Shown one piece after another: positions 60,245 through 64,000 of a stretch of 64,000 nucleotides of DNA (position 1 is the stretch's first letter; each line of letters opens with the position of its first letter). Source of the DNA: Hyphomicrobiaceae bacterium (GTDB lineage Bacteria > Pseudomonadota > Alphaproteobacteria > Rhizobiales > Hyphomicrobiaceae); NCBI GenBank assembly GCA_041397805.1, contig JAWKWD010000017.1:8234-72233 (forward strand), in the 5' to 3' direction. A model generated the notes under the pieces. It was not told the origin of the DNA and ran no database searches. It saw nothing but the letters and a program-made list of their open reading frames with translations. A program made the position numbers and the translations under genes.

Positions 60245-61666
60245 TCACCGGGCTGTGAGTGCTGCCTGGACCTTGTCGTCTGGCTGTCGAATAGCGTTGG
60301 AGAGCAGCACGGCGATTGCGCTGGATGCGAGCCGGGTCTTGGCACTATCGGCGCGGCTCGTGAGGATGATAGGCACCCGGGCGCCAAGCACGACGCCCGC
60401 CGCCTCGGCGTCTGCTAGATATTCAAGCTGCTTGGCGAGCATGTTGCCCGCTTCGAGATCCGGCACCACGAGAATATCCGCCTGCCCGGCGACTGCCGAA
60501 TGGATGTGCTTGATCTGAGCCGCCTTGAGGTTCACCGCGTTGTCGAAGGCAAGCGGGCCATCGACGATGCCGCCGGCTATCTGCCCTCGGTCAGCCATCT
60601 TGCAGAGCGCCGCAGCTTCCAGGGTAGACCGGATCTTCGCGTTCACAGTCTCGACCGCGGATAGGATCGCGACTTTCGGACTTGGTACGCCAAGCGCGTG
60701 GGCGAGACGGATGGCGTTGTCGATGATGTCTCGCTTGGTGTCGAGGTCGGGATAGATATTGATCGCAGCATCCGTGATCAGCAGCGCGCGCGGATAGCTC
60801 GGCACATCCATCACGAAGACGTGGCTGATGCGCCGCTCCGTGCGAAGATTGGGAGCGCTTGCAACAACGGCGTGCATCAGCGCGTCCGTGTGCAACGCGC
60901 CCTTCATCAGTGCGTCGACTTTCCCGGTGGCGGCCAGCTCCACGGCTTTGCTGGCCGCGAGGTCGTTCGTAGCGGTCGGCACGATCTCGAAGGCCAGGAT
61001 ATCGAGCTTCGCGGCCCGGGCCGCCTGGCGGATCGCCTCCGCCGGACCAATCAGAGTTGGGATGATGAGGTGCTCCCGCGCACTTTCGACCGCGCCAGAG
61101 AGAGAAACTGTATCTGTTGGAGCGACGACCGCCGTCCGCATGGGTGGGGACTTTTGAGCCTCGATGATGAGCTTGCGGAGGCGCGCGCCTCGCTCCTCGA
61201 TCCTGATGTCGGGAAGCACCACACGCGGCCGGGCAACCTTTTCGGTGGGCGCCAGAACGGTTGCCGTCCCCGCGATGACCTGCTTCCCCGCTTGATCAAC
61301 GACTGAGCAATCAAGCTTCACGTGGCGCCTGCCACCGTCCTTTTCCCGCACGACAACCGTGACGACCACCGTGTCGCCGGGAGCGACCGGATGACAAAAA
61401 TGCAGGCTTTGATCGACATAAATAGTGCCGGGCCCAGGCAGCTCCGTGCCCAGCACCGTGGAGATCAATGACGCCGCCCACATGCCGTGAGCGATAATCT
61501 TGTGGAACATGTCGCTTCGGGCAAATTCGTCATCGACGTGCGCCGGGTTGACATCGCCGGACATGACGGCGAACAGCTCGATGTCGCGGCGGCTCAGCGT
61601 CCGGCTCAGGCTCGCGCGGTCTCCAACTTTGATCTCGTCCCACGTCCTGTTTTCGATCAAAGTCAT
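60245..61666 (-). CDS. Bifunctional MaoC-like enoyl-CoA hydratase / phosphate acyl-transferase (PTA_PTB)
   Basis: N-terminal hotdog (SGDVNPAHVDDEFARSDMFHKIIAHGMW) fused to a PTA/PTB domain (...DAAINIYPD...GPLAFDNAV...ADILVVPDLEAGNMLAK). Confidence 0.88.
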   Translation of the reverse strand: MTLIENRTWDEIKVGDRASLSRTLSRRDIELFAVMSGDVNPAHVDDEFARSDMFHKIIAHGMWAASLISTVLGTELPGPGTIYVDQSLHFCHPVAPGDTVVVTVVVREKDGGRRHVKLDCSVVDQAGKQVIAGTATVLAPTEKVARPRVVLPDIRIEERGARLRKLIIEAQKSPPMRTAVVAPTDTVSLSGAVESAREHLIIPTLIGPAEAIRQAARAAKLDILAFEIVPTATNDLAASKAVELAATGKVDALMKGALHTDALMHAVVASAPNLRTERRISHVFVMDVPSYPRALLITDAAINIYPDLDTKRDIIDNAIRLAHALGVPSPKVAILSAVETVNAKIRSTLEAAALCKMADRGQIAGGIVDGPLAFDNAVNLKAAQIKHIHSAVAGQADILVVPDLEAGNMLAKQLEYLADAEAAGVVLGARVPIILTSRADSAKTRLASSAIAVLLSNAIRQPDDKVQAALTAR

Positions 61667-61678
61667 GTCGCACTCCGA

Positions 61679-62443
61679 TCAGCCGAGGACGTGATACCCG
61701 CCATCGACGTAGCTGATGTTGCCTGTGACCGCCTTTGCTGCGTCGCCGACGAGGAAGCCCGCAAACGCGCCGACGTCGTCCGGTGTCACCGGCATATGCG
61801 TGGGTGCGGCTGCGAGAGCGCGCTGTAGCAATGCGTCGAATTGGTCGATCCCCGACGCCGCCCTCGTCCTGACTGGACCCGGCGAAAGAGCATTGACGCG
61901 GATGTGCTTCGGTCCGAGCTCTACCGCCAGGTAGCGCACTGCGGCTTCGAGCGCCGCCTTGACCGGCCCCATGACGTTGTAGTGCTCAACAGCCTTTTCT
62001 GCGCCGTAGTAGCTCATGGCGAGCAGCGCGCCACCGCAGGGCATCAGCGGCTCGGCCAACCTCGCCATCCGTATGAAGGAGTGTACCGAAACCTGCATGG
62101 CGAGCGTGAAGCCGTCGGCCGAGCAGTCCGTCAAGCGGCCATGCAGGTCGCCCTTGGGCGCAAAGGCGATCGAGTGAAGTGCGAAATCGAGCTGTCCCCA
62201 ATCTCTGGCAATGCGCTCATAGACTGCCTCGAGCGCGCCCGGCGCCATCACATCGCATGGCATGACGATCGGATGACCGAGTGAACCGACAAGCGGCCGA
62301 ACGAATGGCTCTGTCTTGGCATTGAAGTAAGTGATTGCGAGATCGGCACCGGCCTGGCGAAAATGGCGGGCGCAGCCGTAGGCCAAGCTGTCTTCGTTGG
62401 CGATGCCGACGACCAAGCCCTTCTTACCGCTGAGTTGGCCCAT
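61679..62443 (-). CDS. fabI: Enoyl-[acyl-carrier-protein] reductase (NADH), FabI-like SDR
   Basis: GKKGLVVGIANEDSLAYGCA, SIAFAP, MGPVKAALEA and RVNALSPGP motifs. GGGAGG RBS before the ATG at 62443. The 230-codon upstream extension of the ORF runs across a tRNA gene and was rejected. Confidence 0.88.
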   Translation of the reverse strand: MGQLSGKKGLVVGIANEDSLAYGCARHFRQAGADLAITYFNAKTEPFVRPLVGSLGHPIVMPCDVMAPGALEAVYERIARDWGQLDFALHSIAFAPKGDLHGRLTDCSADGFTLAMQVSVHSFIRMARLAEPLMPCGGALLAMSYYGAEKAVEHYNVMGPVKAALEAAVRYLAVELGPKHIRVNALSPGPVRTRAASGIDQFDALLQRALAAAPTHMPVTPDDVGAFAGFLVGDAAKAVTGNISYVDGGYHVLG

Positions 62444-63027
62444 GCGAGCCTCCCGGGTTTGCTTCGTGGGAACCGGGTCCACCGCCCGACTTGGCGGCGG
62501 GCTCTGCTGCATTGCAACATGGAGTTCTGCGGCGTTCATTTCAAGAGAGGAGGCCTGTGCGAAGGCGGACTTGATTCCTTCGCCGCTGTGCCAAGACCCT
62601 CGAGGTCTGCGCGCGGCTCCCTGTTGCCATCGACGCAACTTGTGCGGGGGCCGGGCACACGAGTGACGCAATTCGTGTCGGAGCCGCCGTATTCTTCTGG
62701 CGCGCGTCACTTCCCCAAAGGCAAACACGGGTCCGGCGATTTCCGGGACGCTCAGCGGCGCCGGACCGATCGCGGATCTCAACGGACAGCACGGCCCCGC
62801 GCGATCGCGGCTGCCCGAACCGTCACGCCGGCGCTTCTCGTTACCGTGGTGGCCTCGTGTGTGCTGCTCGGGGCATCGACGAGCGGGGAGCAGCGGTGGT
62901 CGTGGTGGTGGCGTGGCACGCCCCGCCGGAGTTGGCAGTGGAAGCCCAGCACGTACGGAGTACTTCGGCGGCGCAACAAGCGCTGGCCCGAGGCAAAGAA
63001 ATGCGACAGCCGCGCTGCAAGAGAAGT

Positions 63028-63104
<77 letters not shown>

Positions 63105-63413
63105 TCACCTGCCGCGCAGAACGCTCTGTTCCGAAGCATGAGCCCCGGGACAACGCCTCCGAACCATCCAAAATCGGATTTGGCGACACCCCAGAAGGGA
63201 CGTCGATAGGAGAGAAGAGCGCCTTGCGACGGCCGTCTTATAGCAGGTTTTGTGACGAGGGAAACACCCGTCGTGAAGGAAATTTCCCGAGCCTTCCGGA
63301 CAACTGTACGGATGACGACTGGGAGTGCCGCCGCGCGGCCGTCAGGCCGCAGCCCGTCATGTTGGCAAAGGCGGCCAAGTCAAGGGAGAGAGGGCCGGAG
63401 GCCGCCACCTCAC

Positions 63414-63926
63414 CTATCCAGAGGCCGCGGCCGGTGGAAGAGAGCACTCGAGGGCCAACACGATGGACGAGCTTTGCTGAAGCAGGAGCCGCGTGCATAG
63501 CCACTGCTCGCGCGCATTCGCGGTTTCGGCCGCGAGGATCACGGCACCGTCCTGCACATTTCGCTCGAGATCAGCAGCGAGCCGCGGCGCTTCCCCGCCG
63601 CTCGGAGCGTCGCCCCATAGTGCCGGGAGCCGCGAGCCCGACCGCCAGGGCTCCAAAAGCCTTGGACTGGCGAGTATTCCGCGCCCCTCATAGGCTTGCG
63701 AAAGCGGGGTGAGCTTGCGCACCAGGTCGAGCATGCTCGCGCCGTCCCCTGGACTTGCCCGTGAAGCATCCGCTGCCAGACGCTCGGCAGTCGCCGCCTG
63801 CAGAATGAGGCCGAGCCGTCCGATCGGTATCCCTTCACGAAGCAGCGAAGCAATCGCGGAGCCCAGCGGCCCGGCTAGGTCGAAAACGGCAAGGGCAATT
63901 CTGAGTTTGCGATCCTTGACGCACAT
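63414..63926 (-). CDS. Hypothetical protein (170 aa)
   Basis: ORF with plausible composition from the ATG at 63926 (MCVKDRKLRIALAVFDLAG...). No family recognised. Confidence 0.3.
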   Translation of the reverse strand: MCVKDRKLRIALAVFDLAGPLGSAIASLLREGIPIGRLGLILQAATAERLAADASRASPGDGASMLDLVRKLTPLSQAYEGRGILASPRLLEPWRSGSRLPALWGDAPSGGEAPRLAADLERNVQDGAVILAAETANAREQWLCTRLLLQQSSSIVLALECSLPPAAASG

Positions 63927-64000
63927 GCCTGCTCGTCCACGTCTGTCGACGCCACTGCCGCGCCGCGGCTGTGTCGCCCGTTCCGGCACGGCGACCCCCG

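Overview
GC-rich chromosomal segment that looks alphaproteobacterial (Hyphomicrobiales-like), judged from gene content: RcdA/DUF1465, a PhyR-NepR general stress response (GSR) module, an HWE histidine kinase and a nuo cluster interspersed with small ORFs. All calls come from reading the supplied ORF translations and the DNA by eye; no database search was run, so family names are recognition from memory. Start codons were refined from ribosome-binding sites (RBS) and conserved N-termini.

Layout:
- 0-22 kb, housekeeping: phaZ, rpmE, rcdA-like, qor, ruvA/ruvC, yebC, gap, recX, recO, a candidate 6S RNA followed by 5-formyl-THF cyclo-ligase, and ymdB.
- 22.3-30.7 kb: nuoA-F cluster carrying six extra ORFs, one of them antisense. 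It stops after nuoF.
- 30.7-38.9 kb, accessory genes: CelD-like GNAT, GMC oxidoreductase, MBL hydrolase, Crp/Fnr regulator, AI-2E transporter.
- 38.9-45.3 kb, GSR neighbourhood: an EcfG-type promoter in front of a DUF1328 gene, then nepR, phyR, a 1242-aa membrane HWE kinase and a stand-alone photoactive-yellow-protein (PYP) homologue.
- 45.6-54.9 kb: peptide-type ABC transporter, DUF3830, a second GMC paralogue and a FAH-family hydrolase.
- 55.2-62.4 kb, minus strand: fabI-like, MaoC-PTA fusion, ackA and a class-III-PhaC-like gene packed tightly, followed by a P3A-type H+-ATPase.
- 63.0 kb: initiator tRNA-Met.

No transposase, integrase, CRISPR array or recognisable defence genes were seen.

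Most interesting candidates:
1. The PYP-like photoreceptor directly downstream of the nepR-phyR-HWE kinase module, a possible light input to the GSR.
2. The atypical GSR locus itself, with no ecfG and a PAS_5-like tail on the kinase.
3. The fabI / MaoC-PTA / ackA / PhaC-like operon next to a proton pump.
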